From NCBI GenBank assembly GCA_918797485.1, contig CAKKNE010000001.1, positions 5,642,001-5,706,000 on the forward strand: DNA of 64,000 nt. The letters are read 5' to 3'. The notes under the pieces are model-generated. The model was not told the DNA's origin and made no database searches. It was given only the letters and a program-made list of their open reading frames with translations. The position numbers and the translations under genes were made by a program. The DNA comes from Pelagomonas calceolata (lineage: Eukaryota). Of the stretch, positions 42,727 through 54,004 are shown piece after piece (within the stretch, counting starts at the first letter, position 1; each line of letters opens with the position of its first letter).

Positions 42727-45060
42727 TTATACGGCCGAGTCCGCCGGCTCCCCCACCCCCTCCTCATCGTCGTTCGGCGTCGGCGGCAAGGCGGCCCTAC
42801 AAACCGGGCACTCCATCTTCAGGTCCATCCACTGCCTCAAACAAATCTCGTGGAACATGTGGTCGCAGGGCGTCACCATGAACTCGCCGGTCACGGCGTT
42901 GACGGGCCCCATGCATATCGCGCACTCGGGGCCGTCGGCGCCCGCCGCCCTTAAAATATGTGCTGGATCTCGTTGATAGTCGTAGGGCTTCGGTACTAAA
43001 TAGTCCGGCACGAAACACCGAGCGCCCTTGATACGTTGGAGTTTGAGTAGCCCAACTTGTATTGCTTGCCAGACAACTAACGAGAGGAAGACTTTCAATC
43101 TTTGTGAAGGTGTGATTGCTGACGGTGACGGCACCATCAGGACGCGAGGCAGAGCGTCCTGCACCAAGAGTAGGTAGGCCGGTAACAATAAACGAGAAAC
43201 GGCCATGCCATACAGGTAATGGTCGCAGACCGGCTCCCTCGCGTTCGTTTTCACGTTCCGAATGATCTGGGGCACCCAGTACGACGACGCCGCGAGTAGT
43301 ATGAGAGAAGGCTCGTCCCTCGAAGCGTACAAAACTAAAAGTACGACAGCTAAAGCGACGTAGAAGTGCGCGTGGACGGTAGCCAACTCTCTTCGTAGCT
43401 GCACCCAGCCCGCGGCGTCCCAGTTCCGCTGCGGGTCGTGGGCCTGCCACACTAATAACAAGTACCTCATCTCAATGACGCAGAACACGATCAATTCCAA
43501 AAACGCGACAGTCGTGAACGTACTAAATAATTGAGGCACCGCCGCACAGAGCAGCAAATTCGCAACACATAAGACAGCATCCCACAAAGCCTGCATGCCC
43601 AGCGACACGAGAGAAACTCGCAGCGCCACGGCCTGCGTCCTACAAAAATGCAATTGCTTGAACAACGCGTAAATCTGCCACACGCAAACGAACGTCATCA
43701 ATGAAGAATACCACGACGCCTGGTCCTCGGCGGCGCGCCAGTCGACGCGCGTTGCCGAGGCGTTGACTGTGAGCGAGAAGCCGCAGGACGGCGCTCGCAC
43801 GGAACCGATCAATTCGGTGACGTAGGGCGCGTTCTTTGATGGTGCACTTTTACGCGTTTTCTTGTCGTCCGACGCTACGAGATCGATCTCCAGCGCACAT
43901 TCGCCGTTCTTCCACAATGTCTGACCGTAGCCTTTGAGAGTTTTGGAGGGGTCGACCCTAAGCTTGGCTCTATCTTCAGTATCTTCCACTACCGTAGATG
44001 TAACTGCTGCATCCATGGGTCTATCTTTGTCCTCCTTCTTGCCCAACAAGCGCGCCACGACCAAATCATACGAACCGCCCTCAAAGAGCGAGTCCGGTAA
44101 TGATCTAGTAGATAGGCGCGTCCGCTGCTTCTCCCCGAGGCGCCTCGACGTCACGTCGGTCAGCGTCTTGGATAGCGCCGCCGCACTACCACTATTCGAA
44201 GCTAAATGAGCTCTGACGAAGGGGTGCTTGTTTGCCAATCGTGCAATGAGTCGGCGGCCCGTCTGTGCGTCGTAGTGGCGCCTCAGGCGATTGTGGGGGC
44301 GGTGCGTCCGGTTCCTCCTCAGAAAGGGCCGGTCCTCCTCTTCTGCTTCGTCATCATCGTCATCATGGGTCGCGTTCGCGCGCTTCCGGAGGTCGACGCC
44401 TGCGGGAGCGTCGAGTCGGCTCTCTCTCGCGGCGGCGCCGACCAATCTTACGCGTCAACTCCACGCCGTCGCGCAGACGTCGCGTCGATGGCGTGTCCCC
44501 CGCCAGGCCGCCGCGGCGCGAATGAACAAAGACGCCGGGTCCGCACCATCGTCCGAGGGCTCGCCGACGTTCCCCAGCAGCGCCACGCGTCTCGAACCGT
44601 GGAAGTAGACGCCAAACGCCGACGCGAGGACGTCGCCGCTCCGACCGGCGCCCGGTGGGGCCGCCAGCTGGACCATTGCTCTCACTACACTTACTTTTTC
44701 AATGGAAGCCACCCTAAACATGTCCATCTGTAAGGCAGCTCTCCCTTCGTGGCCGCCGGGGCCCGTAGAACTGTTATGAGTGTTGTAGACCCAGCCTCCT
44801 CTATAGAGTCCGGTGACGTTCTGCGTCGACCCCTCGCCGACGATCTCGTTGTCCAGCCACGTCGGCGCCGCCTGCCGCCGCAAAGCCGCTTCTTCCGCCT
44901 CGGCTCTCGCTCTCCTCAAAGCTTCCTCCTGCACGGCCCGCGGATCCCGGACGTCCATCATCAGGAGCATCATGCACAAAAATACTCCGGTCTGGAACGC
45001 GCGTTGTCTTTGTGCTATTTGTTCATGTTCTCTAGCGTCCCAGTCGCGGCCGTCGAGCAT
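42727..45060 (-). CDS. Transmembrane RING-H2 E3 ubiquitin ligase, Tul1/FLY1-like (probable intron 44400-44519)
   Basis: About 7 TM segments, SYWVPQIIRN, Q...GAR.FVP, CAICM...TPCDHMFH..CL.QWM..KMECPVCR. Confidence 0.85.
44400..44519 (-). mobile_element. Introner-like GC-AG intron of about 120 nt, boundaries tentative
   Basis: acgccatcgacgcgac...ggcgtggag family repeat; removal eliminates an in-frame TGA. Confidence 0.5.
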
Positions 45061-45276
45061 CTTTCTTCTTTTGTGCGCCCCGCTCGCCGCGGCGGCGCAA
45101 ATTGGCGTCTCTGAGCAGCGCTGAGTTAGCGCAGGGAGAGCTGCTCTCTAGGCGAGTGGCGGCTCACCAGCGATCGAGGGACGAGGCGGCAGTCCGAGGA
45201 GCGTTTCTGGGCAACGAGTGCTGCGCGAATTTGCTCCAAGATGCTCCGCTGCTCTTGCTCCTCGATTGCTGCCTTG

Positions 45277-45297
45277 CTAGTATGTACATGCCGCTAG
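45277..45297 (-). promoter_or_regulatory. CTAG-N-CTAG motif copy
   Basis: ctagtatgtacatgccgctag, between divergent genes. Confidence 0.55.
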
Positions 45298-45513
45298 CTC
45301 ACTTTTTTGCCTGGTTTCACGGTGCTCGTCCTCAGTGCGCGCGGCCTCAATTGCATCAGTACTGCGTGATTCAACTACTCATCGCTGCGGGTTGCGTTTG
45401 CACGTCGTAACTTGCTCAGCCGCTGCGCACAGACCACATTGCCTAGCATTGCCTTTGCACGTCCCTGCGCGCACGCACGTCCTGCATTGCCGCACTGCTC
45501 GAAAACGCATAGC

Positions 45514-46531
45514 ATGGCGCCGAAGGACCACGACCTCGTCGACACGGGCATCACTTTTGCCTCGGGCGCGGCCTACGGCATGACGACCGTCGCCGTCGGC
45601 CAGCCCTTCGACACCATAAAAACCGTCGTGCAGAGCAGCGGTGAGGGCACGGTCGCGGCGACGCGGAAAGTCATCGCCGAGAGCGGTATTATTAAAGGAC
45701 TGTGGCGCGGGTCGCTGCCGTTGGTGTTAGGGGGCACGTTCATGCGAAGCGCGCAGTTCGGCTGCAACGACCTGGCGAGAGACGCGCTGCGGGACTCGTC
45801 GATCCCGTCATTCAAAATCGGCGGCGTCGTCGAGAGCCACATCGTCTTAGCAGGCATGTGCGGCGGGTTAGGAAGAGCCGTCGTCGAGGGGCCGACGGAG
45901 TTCTTCAAGATCCGGCAGCAGATCGTCGCGCAGTGGTCCTACCGCGAGGCTCTCTCAGGTTTGGGTGTCACGATGGGCCGCAACACCGGGCTGTTCTCGG
46001 CGTTCGTCGTGTACATGGATTTGCTGCGGCCCTACCTCGGAGACTCGCCGTTTGTGTACGGGGCGACGTGCTCGAACCTGGCGTGGCTGACGGTCTGGCC
46101 CTGTGTGGAAATCAATCAATGCGTCGGGTGCACCCGACAATTCTTCACTAAGTCATTTCGCGGCGATGACGCGGCCGTGCTGGCTCCGTCGAGCGGTGAG
46201 GAACCGGCATCGCCACGCCGTCAAGCAGGCGGCGCGTCGATGGCGTGGAGGTCGACGCGACGATTCAGCACGAACGCGCCGTAAAATTTTGATTTCCACA
46301 CAGGTCTGGCCCTTCGACGTCGTAAAAACGCAGCGCCAGTCCGGGCGCCACCCGGGCGTGTCGGCGCCGGCGCTCCTGGCGAACGCCTTCCGCGAGGGCG
46401 CCCTCTTCCGGGGCCTGCTGCCCGGGCTCGTCCGCAGTTCGATCGCGAACGGGACGTCTATGGTCGTCTACAAGAAGGTCCACGCGGAGCTCTCGCGCTT
46501 AGCCGGCCGCGACGACCACAGCAACATCTAG
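45514..46531 (+). CDS. Mitochondrial carrier family (SLC25) protein (intron 46093-46303)
   Basis: PFDTIKT, PTEFFK and PFDVVKT signatures; the third is restored by splicing. Confidence 0.92.
46093..46303 (+). mobile_element. Full-length introner (element 46101-46303, 203 bp; intron 211 nt)
   Basis: Perfect TSD GTCTGGCC (46093-46100 / 46304-46311); perfect 15-bp TIR CTGTGTGGAAATCAA/TTGATTTCCACACAG. Confidence 0.95.
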
Positions 46532-46603
46532 TATGTGTGATAAGATATGTGAACATATGTCGAAATTACACAGGGGGTGGTCGGTGATGGGTACAAACAG
46601 CAT

Positions 46604-48154
46604 TCATTCGAAGAACGCGGCGATCGCGTCGGCCACGTCGTGATTGGTGGGTGTCGGCCAGAGCCGGACCACGTTCGGCTCGGCATCGATCGTGATGAGA
46701 CTATAAGTCGCCATCAGCGCGTCGGTGAGTGCGGCCGTGATGTCTGCATCGGCGAACTCGAGATGGAGCAGCGGGAAGAGCGGCCGGAGCTCGTAGTCTA
46801 CTTCGTCGGGAATCGCAGCCCGGAGCTTCGTGCACAACGCCTCGAAGGATTCCTTCCGGAAGGCCGTGTATTCCCTCGCGTAGAGCAGGAACGCCAGCGT
46901 CGGGCTCTCCGGGATGGACGTCACGGGCGCGTGCTTGATGAGAGCGTGCGCGCCTCCGGCCACGGCGTTCTGGAGCCCCCGCTCGTTTCGATGAGAGCAG
47001 CACTCGAACTCCGCGTCGTCGAGGAAGAGCATGCTGCTCAAACCTGTGCGGAAATCAAACGTCGTCCTCCACGCCATCGAGCAGTCGTCGCCGAGCTGAG
47101 CTTGATTTCCACACAGGCGTGGACCGAAGTCCTTGAACCCGCTCTGCACCAGCCCAATCGCGCCGTCGAGGATCTCGGCCACGTCCTCGTCCGCGCGCAT
47201 GTCCAACGTGTCCTTGGCGACGCATAGCCCCGCCAGCGCCGCGTCCACAAAATGCGCCGTCGACGCGCCCTCGCCCTCGCAGTACGCGAGCACGTCCTGG
47301 AACCACTCGACCGGCGTCGCCCTACCAGACACGGTGTTGGCAAGCGTGTAGACGCCGACGACCAGATCTCCAGGGCGGAAGCGCGTCTCTCTCAGGACTT
47401 GCAAGTCGTCGCCCGGCGCGAGGTCAATGGACTTAAAGTACGGGTGCGCCTCGTACTGGGCCAGCACGTTCGTCCAGGCGTAGTGCGCGTCGGCGGGCAG
47501 GAGAATCTTGATCGGGCGTTCTCGGAGCGACGCTTCCGCCGCTAGTAAAGAGCAGAAGCTCTCGATCGATTTGGTGGTGGACGGGAAGAGCTCGAAGTGC
47601 ACGTCGCCCTCGCGGAAGAACGCCTCCTTGACAGATTCTTGGAACTCTTCTTCCTTGTTGAGGCACGCCAGGCTCAGCTGGAGGCGGCCGCCCTGGGTCC
47701 CTCCGGCGCCGTTAAGCATAGCGCCTTCTCGCATGCGCTGGAGGAGCTCAATCACGTCCGGCGCGACGCCACCAGCGGCCAAGTCCCCTACAAACAGGTC
47801 GAGGGTGTCCGGACCGTGTAACACCGGCGCGCCGTGGTTGCGGCGCAGCAGCTCCTGGCCGCGGGCAAAGCGAGCGAACATCGTGCGACAAAGATCATCT
47901 TTCGCCCGCGCGGCCTCCTCTTCTTCTAGCTCCGCTTCGTACATGGCGGCGTTGACGAGATGCGGCGGCACGCGTTCTGTCGTAGGCGACGCGGTGTAGA
48001 TCGGGATCTCGTCCTTTACTTGCGGCGGAGCCTTCGGCTTTTGCGTGCGCTTGCGCGTGCTGGTCGCGTAGAAGACGCTCTTGCGGATGCCTCTTAAGCT
48101 CGGGCGCAGCGCGGCCGCTGCGCCGAACAAGAGGACTAGGCAGCTGTTCTTCAT
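46604..48154 (-). CDS. PLP-dependent group II decarboxylase-like protein with signal/transit peptide (intron 47044-47124)
   Basis: AHYAW, ANTVSG, HFVDAALAG and SGFKDFG resemble fold-type I decarboxylase motifs. Confidence 0.65.
   Translation of the reverse strand: MKNSCLVLLFGAAAALRPSLRGIRKSVFYATSTRKRTQKPKAPPQVKDEIPIYTASPTTERVPPHLVNAAMYEAELEEEEAARAKDDLCRTMFARFARGQELLRRNHGAPVLHGPDTLDLFVGDLAAGGVAPDVIELLQRMREGAMLNGAGGTQGGRLQLSLACLNKEEEFQESVKEAFFREGDVHFELFPSTTKSIESFCSLLAAEASLRERPIKILLPADAHYAWTNVLAQYEAHPYFKSIDLAPGDDLQVLRETRFRPGDLVVGVYTLANTVSGRATPVEWFQDVLAYCEGEGASTAHFVDAALAGLCVAKDTLDMRADEDVAEILDGAIGLVQSGFKDFGPRLCGNQAQLGDDCSMAWRTTFDFRTGLSSMLFLDDAEFECCSHRNERGLQNAVAGGAHALIKHAPVTSIPESPTLAFLLYAREYTAFRKESFEALCTKLRAAIPDEVDYELRPLFPLLHLEFADADITAALTDALMATYSLITIDAEPNVVRLWPTPTNHDVADAIAAFFE
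47044..47124 (-). mobile_element. Introner GT-AG intron, 81 nt, in frame and stop-free
   Basis: TIRs ctgtgtggaaatcaa / ttgatttccgcacag; donor 8 nt before the TIR. Confidence 0.85.
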
Positions 48155-48304
48155 TTTGCTCTGCGTGTGCGTCGTGCTGTCTTGCGCGCGTTGGGTCACG
48201 TCTGCTGGCAGTTAGTTGTGAGCTTTTGGCGGTCTGTATCGGTGCGCTGGCCGCTTCTACGCCTATTTATTTATTCAAATTGTATTTGGCTCTGAGCATA
48301 ATCA

Positions 48305-48325
48305 CTAGCGTCACCAACGCACTAG
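48305..48325 (+). promoter_or_regulatory. CTAG-N-CTAG motif copy (degenerate)
   Basis: ctagcgtcaccaacgcactag, between divergent genes. Confidence 0.45.
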
Positions 48326-48509
48326 AGATCGTTCACAGCTCCAAAAACTTGCCGCGCGGCCGCGCAAAGCGCTATATACGCGCCTGTTGTCGAGCACGCA
48401 GCGCTATAAGTGACGACAAACCGCTGGGTTCTTGCGCGCGCATCACTGCGGCACAGCAGGCAAGGCAAGGCAACATCAGCTCTGCTACGCTGTTGGCACA
48501 GCGTCGACA

Positions 48510-50306
48510 ATGGCCCGCACCAAGACGCCACCGCCCCCGCCGGCCCATCAGATGCGCCAAACAACTCTGTTTGACGCATTACCGAGGGCGCGGCCGCAAC
48601 AACCGCAAGCAAGACGCGCGCACGAACCGGACGCGCTCGACCAGAAGTTAGATCTAGCTCTAAGTGCGGTCTTCGGCCACCAGGGCTTCCGGCCGGGCCA
48701 GCGCGCGACTTGTAGGGCGGCGGCACAGGGCCGGGACTGCGTCGTCATCCTGCCGACCGGCGGCGGCAAGAGTTTGTGTTATCAACTCCCGGCCGTCATC
48801 ACGAGAGGTGTTACTATAGTAGTATCACCATTACTCTCATTAATCGAGGACCAGGTCTCCACGCTCATCTCGCTGGAGCGCTGCGGCGGCGTGCCCGCGG
48901 CCCATTTGACCTCCTCGACGAAAGAAACGACCTCCCGAGCCATCTTGCGAGAATTACATTCGGCGGCGGAGGGGCGCGTCGACTACCCGACCCTCAAATT
49001 GTTGTACGTCACGCCGGAACGACTGGCCCTGTCCGAGAACTTTCGAGATGTGTTGGAGAAGCTCCATAGAGCGAACTTATTGGCCAGAATAGTAGTAGAC
49101 GAGGCGCACTGCGTCTCGGAATGGGGCCACGACTTTCGGCCGGACTACCGCAAGCTCGGGCAATTACGCTCCTTCTTACCTGGAGTACCATTTATGGCGC
49201 TCACGGCGACCGCGACGCAAGCCTGCGAGAGCGATCTACGCAAGTCCCTCAAGATCAAGCCGACGGCCCACGCGCATCGCACGTCCGCGGATCGACCGAA
49301 CTTGCGCTTCGGCGTGCGCGACTTCTCGGACTGCTCTCCCGTAAACGCGGCGGCGTCCTTTTTTTTGAGTCATACGAGTCGCGTCGATGGCGTATGGGCT
49401 CCACCAGACGCTACGCCCCCCAAGCCATCGCCGCGCCAGGAGCGCCACACGCGGCGAGTCGCGTTGATGGCGTCTGGGCCACGAACACACCCTCACACCG
49501 GCACGCCATCGCCGTTACCTCCGCACGCCGCCGACGCATACAACGCGCAGGAGGACGTCCGCGACGCCGTCGTCGACTTTGTGCGGCGCCGCGCGGGCCA
49601 GTGCGGCATTGTCTACTGCATGACGCAGGCCGACGCCGAGGCCTGCGCCGACCATCTGACGGACAAATTGAAGGACGTGGGCACGACGGCGCACCACTAC
49701 CACGCGGGCATGACGCAATTACAAAGGCGCGTAGTGCAGGCGGCCTGGCAGCAGGGGAAGTTGGACGTCGTTTGTGCGACGATCGCCTACGGCATGGGCA
49801 TCGACAAGGCCGATGTTAGATATGTTGTGCATGCGTCCCTCGCCAAGTCGCTCGAGGGCTACTACCAGGAGGCCGGTCGGGCGGGTCGGGACGGCCGCGC
49901 GTCGGAGTGTTTGATGCTCTATAGAGATCAGGACGTGGGCAAGGTCCAGAAGTTGTTGCGGGGGTTCGGCCGGAAGAAGCGACGGGGCCCGAAGTTGCAG
50001 CGGGACTTGGATCGGTTGGACGATATGGCGCGGTATTGCGGCATGAAGGACGGGTGTCGACGGCGGCAGCTCGTGGGCCACTTCGGGAAGGACCCCGGTC
50101 CGTCTTCAGGTGGGGGGCCGTGCTGCGATCTATGTGATGCGCGGAACCCGGCGTTACGACCGCCGGCGCCGCCCCCGAAGCCGCCGGCCGTGCGGAAGCG
50201 GGGGCCGCCCGTGCCCCAGCCTCGCGTGCGCAAGGCGCCGGAGGTCGTGGATCTGCTGGGGGATTCGGACGACGAGGTGCTGGCTTCGAAGCGGGCTCGG
50301 GCGTGA
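48510..50306 (+). CDS. recQ: RecQ-family DNA helicase (intron 49341-49550)
   Basis: PTGGGKSLCYQLP, DEAHCVSEWGHDFRPDY, ALTATA, YYQEAGRAGRDG, zinc-binding CRR...CCDLC. Confidence 0.93.
   Translation: MARTKTPPPPPAHQMRQTTLFDALPRARPQQPQARRAHEPDALDQKLDLALSAVFGHQGFRPGQRATCRAAAQGRDCVVILPTGGGKSLCYQLPAVITRGVTIVVSPLLSLIEDQVSTLISLERCGGVPAAHLTSSTKETTSRAILRELHSAAEGRVDYPTLKLLYVTPERLALSENFRDVLEKLHRANLLARIVVDEAHCVSEWGHDFRPDYRKLGQLRSFLPGVPFMALTATATQACESDLRKSLKIKPTAHAHRTSADRPNLRFGVRDFSDCSPVNAAASFFLSHTSRVDGVWAPPDATPPKPSPRQERHTRRVALMASGPRTHPHTGTPSPLPPHAADAYNAQEDVRDAVVDFVRRRAGQCGIVYCMTQADAEACADHLTDKLKDVGTTAHHYHAGMTQLQRRVVQAAWQQGKLDVVCATIAYGMGIDKADVRYVVHASLAKSLEGYYQEAGRAGRDGRASECLMLYRDQDVGKVQKLLRGFGRKKRRGPKLQRDLDRLDDMARYCGMKDGCRRRQLVGHFGKDPGPSSGGGPCCDLCDARNPALRPPAPPPKPPAVRKRGPPVPQPRVRKAPEVVDLLGDSDDEVLASKRARA
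49341..49550 (+). mobile_element. Introner-like GT-AG intron, 210 nt, in frame and stop-free
   Basis: gtaaac...aacgcgcag; repeated gagtcgcgtcgatggcgt; interrupts the helicase core between RPNL and GIVYC. Confidence 0.7.
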
Positions 50307-50347
50307 CGTATGTGTGCTAGTAATGAGTGAATTATCGAGTCTTGTTG

Positions 50348-50369
50348 CTAGTGTGTTACAGACCGCTAG
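50348..50369 (-). promoter_or_regulatory. CTAG-N14-CTAG motif copy
   Basis: ctagtgtgttacagaccgctag, 140 nt upstream of ATG 50508. Confidence 0.55.
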
Positions 50370-50507
50370 CGCAGGAAAAACGCAACGCCTCGGGGAAGTT
50401 TTAGACACATATAAGGGCCGCGGGACACGCGTGGCGCTTTGTCATCACGAGCATCACCATCAAAGACAACAGAGTTCCGCAATCAACAAATTGCATCATT
50501 TTGATCA

Positions 50508-50858
50508 ATGCCGACACAGAGCAGCCGGATCACGCGCCGGGCGGTCGTCGTGGCGCTTCTCGCAGCAACGGCGGCGACGGCCGCCGTCTTCCTTATCAAG
50601 CAGGATGCTCGGGGCGCCTCGGCGGCCGCGGCGGGCGTAACGGACGCGATCGTCGGCGGCGAGGACGCGCCGAACGACAAGTTCCCCTGGATGGTCAGTC
50701 TCCAGACCGCCGACGACGAGTCGGACGACGACCCGGTGGGCCACTTCTGTGGTGGAACGTTGATACGACCTGACACAGTCCTTACGGCCGCGCACTGCTT
50801 CGGCGACGACACGTCGACGAGTGCCCTGGCGACGAATCCGCTGATGATATTCCGATGA
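50508..50858 (+). pseudogene. Truncated trypsin-like (S1) serine protease
   Basis: TM anchor, IVGG...[14 protein letters not shown]...VLTAAHC, then a stop; no catalytic Asp or GDSGGP before the convergent gene at 51013. Confidence 0.7.
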
Positions 50859-51012
50859 ACGCGGCCGACGAGTGAATGAAGAAAGGCCCGCCACTAAGCA
50901 GCGCGGGCCGCTCCCCCATCCTGTCCGCGACGACGCGCCGAGTAAGGATAGCCTAGTAGTCCCCCCAACACGCCGTCGACGAAGTCATCAATAGTTAGAA
51001 AAAGGGGCACTC

Positions 51013-52951
51013 CTACTTCGTCTGCAGCACGCCCGACGCGATCAGCTTCTCGATCTTGCCCCGCATGACCGGGTCGTTCATCGCCTGTTGACCGGCCGCC
51101 CCGTTGCCGCCCGACAGGTCCTGGATGACCTGGCGGACCATGGGATCCTGGAGGATGGCCTGGATCTCCGGGTCCTTCATGGCCTGCTCCGCCCTTCCTT
51201 TATCTCCTCCTTCGTTGTAGATGGCCGTCTGGACCCGTTGGAGGCCCTGCTTGCACGCCGCGTTCGCCGGCTCAATAGTTAAACCTTTTTTATATGTTTC
51301 GATGGCCTTGTGGTACTCCTTCATGAGCATCTCGAGGTCGCCCTTCTTGGCGATGGCTTTCACGTACTTTTCATCCAGCTCCAGGGCCTTTTCACAGGCC
51401 TGCTTCGCCGCGGCAAAGTTCCCGAGCTTCGTCAACGCCGCGGCCAAGTTGTTGGGGTAGGCGGGATTCTTCGGGTCCCGCTTCATGGCCTCCTCGTAGA
51501 ACGGGACCGACTCGGAGAACTTGCCCTCCCGGAATTTGACATTGCCCTTCTCCTTTTCCTCAAGAGCCTTCGCCGGGTCGATGTACGCCTCGCGCTTCTT
51601 CTTCTTGATGTCCATCTCCAGGTTTTTCACGAGTCGCTCCGTGGCCTTGTCTCGGTGCTCGACCTGGGCGTTGTTGAACTCCTCCAACGCTCCCTCCAAA
51701 TCACCTTGCTTCATTTTTGCCTTGCCCATCCGCACGTAGATCTTGTGTACGAGCTCGTAGTCCGCCCGGTGTTCCCTACCGACCTTGATGGCTTCCCGAC
51801 CCTCCGACAAGACGCTCTCGTAGTCCTTCTTCTCGAAGTGGACGGCGCACTTGTTGTTTCTATAGGTCACATCTCCGGGATCCGCGGCGATCGCATCATC
51901 ATAATGCTTGAGAGCCGCGTCGAAGTCGCGCTTCTTATACGCGGCGTTGCCCTTGGCCTTGTGGGCTAACGCGAGCTGCTTCTGGTCGTAGGCTTTTTGT
52001 TCTTCTGGAGTTCTCTCTATTTCCGGTTCCGGTTCCGGCTCGGGTTCCTTCTTCGGCGGTTGGGGGGGCGGCGGCGCGGTGCCGGCGTCCTGCGCGCTTC
52101 CCGGCTGCTGGAGGTTGATGCCGAGGGCTAAGCTCATGACCTGGGACCTGCGTTCGTGCGAGTGAGTTTCCCGCGTCGATGGCGTACGCTCTCCCGCCCG
52201 ATCACGAGTCAGCGTCGCGCGTGCCGCGGCGGCGGCGCCGTCGACGCCGCGGATGCGACGGCGCGCCACCGATCGACGCCGTCGACGCGTAGACGCGCCC
52301 ACCGCACGCCATCGCCGCGACGCCGCAAACACGAGACGCAGACGCATCGCTCTCACGCGACGCCATCGCCGCGACGCGACACCAGTAGATATGACAGACG
52401 CTGCATACAAACATGTCCGGGTCCTGGAACATGGTAGACATCATCTGCTGCGGGTTCGACTGCAGCAATTTGAGCTTCATCATGAACTGCTCGTCTCCTA
52501 ATTTATGTCGCAAGTTCGGGTCCTGGGCGATCTTCGCGATGAGGTTGGGACCGAACGCTTGAGCCATGGGGTTGTTTTGTTGAGACTGCTGCACTCCTTT
52601 CGCCTTGTTCACATCTACGACGCCTTGTTTCAGGGAGGCGTCGCCGGGCGCCACGGCCAAGCCCTCGTGGTACGCGGCGTCGGCCTGGTCGTACTTCTTC
52701 ATCGCGTGCAGGGCGGCGCCCTTCCTACTATAACCCTTGGCCCAGGTCGGGTTCAGCTTGATGCACGACTCGGCGTCCTGTAAGGCTCTTTCATAATCCT
52801 TCAGTTGCATGTAGGCCGCGGCGCGATTACTGAAATACGTGTGCTGCGTCGCGTCGAAGGCGATGGCTTCCGTGTACTTCTTGACTGCTTCGTCGTAGTT
52901 CTTGGCTTGGAGAGCCTTGTTGCCTTCTGCTTTTGCCGCTTCTGCCGCCAT
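51013..52951 (-). CDS. STI1: Hsp70/Hsp90 organising protein STI1/HOP (intron about 52148-52412)
   Basis: TPR1-DP1-TPR2A-TPR2B-DP2 layout; KAEGNKA, PTWAKGYSRKGAAL, DPEIQAILQDP, KLIASG. Confidence 0.95.
52148..52412 (-). mobile_element. Introner-like intron of about 265 nt (alternative boundaries 52141-52408)
   Basis: Multiple cgcgtcgatggcgt / acgccatcg units; both splice-site pairs restore the frame. Confidence 0.6.
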
Positions 52952-53128
52952 CTTTGGCTGGTCTGGCTGTCGCTGCTTTGCTCGCGCTGCGCGTACTCTT
53001 GTTGCTTGAGACTCGCACAGCCGCCGCAGCGATGGACGAGCTCCGCACTCACAGATTTCCACAGCACCGTATGCAGTGGTGTGGCTGTGAGGAGCACACG
53101 AAGGCTTAGAACTCTGCAAGAGTGGAAG

Positions 53129-53149
53129 CTAGTGTGTGTCGAACGCTAG
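53129..53149 (-). promoter_or_regulatory. CTAG-N-CTAG motif copy (degenerate)
   Basis: ctagtgtgtgtcgaacgctag, upstream of STI1. Confidence 0.45.
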
Positions 53150-53645
53150 CAATCGCGCTGAGGAATGGCCGCCTGGCTTCAGGCGACGCTATCGGCGCCG
53201 AGCTCACGGCTCAAGTCACGGCGGCCTTTGCTTTGGCTACGACGCGAGGACCCGCACGCCGACGCCGCGGCACCAGCGAGCGCCGCCGTTCTTCGCGCGC
53301 ACGGAGGGAGCCGTGGAGGAGCGGAAGAGGAGTGCTCGCGAGCGTGCGCAAAAAATAAATAAATTATCAGCAATTGCTTGCGTGTTTTCATCCGGCTCGT
53401 GAGGCGCGCGAGGGGCAAATCTGCAGGATCAGAGGTCGCCGCGCGGCCTAATGTTTCCGTGAGCCGACGCTGGCAAGACGCGCGGGCGTCTCGTGAGCCG
53501 TAGGCGACAAAATCCGCATTTCTATCAAATTACTGCGGACAGGCGGGGCGATAGGCGCGCGCGTCGGGCAAGCCCAAGCCTCTCCAGAGCCGCGGTTATC
53601 TCCACAGAATAAACCGCGCCAGCAGAGACTCTCATTCTGTGAACG

Positions 53646-53978
53646 ATGTCGAAGTCGCCGACACCGACGAGCACGCTGTTCCCCCAAGTATCGCGCGGCG
53701 AGTCCAATGACGCCGCGAAAGGCCTCCTCGACGACGCGGGCGACAGCTCCGGCGACGAGGCGCACTACGCGCCGCGCGGCGATTACGCGCCGCCGCGGCC
53801 TGTGACAACGACGCCGCCGCCCGTGACGACGCAGCCCTCGGGCGAGCTCAACCAGTGCGCCATCGTCGGCGGCGAGGAGGTCTCCTTCGTCGAGATTTCG
53901 CCCGACCGCCCGCGGCTCCGCGCGTCGGCGAGCTCCGGCGACGCGCCGCCGCGCCGGCCCATAGGACACCAAAAATGA
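53646..53978 (+). CDS. Short hypothetical ORF, possibly a gene fragment
   Basis: ATG-initiated, GC3-rich codons, 110 aa. Confidence 0.3.
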   Translation: MSKSPTPTSTLFPQVSRGESNDAAKGLLDDAGDSSGDEAHYAPRGDYAPPRPVTTTPPPVTTQPSGELNQCAIVGGEEVSFVEISPDRPRLRASASSGDAPPRRPIGHQK

Positions 53979-53983
53979 TAAAG

Positions 53984-54004
53984 CTAGCGGCCGTAAGACA
54001 CTAG
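53984..54004 (+). promoter_or_regulatory. CTAG-N-CTAG motif copy
   Basis: ctagcggccgtaagacactag; the only copy between apparently convergent ends. Confidence 0.5.
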
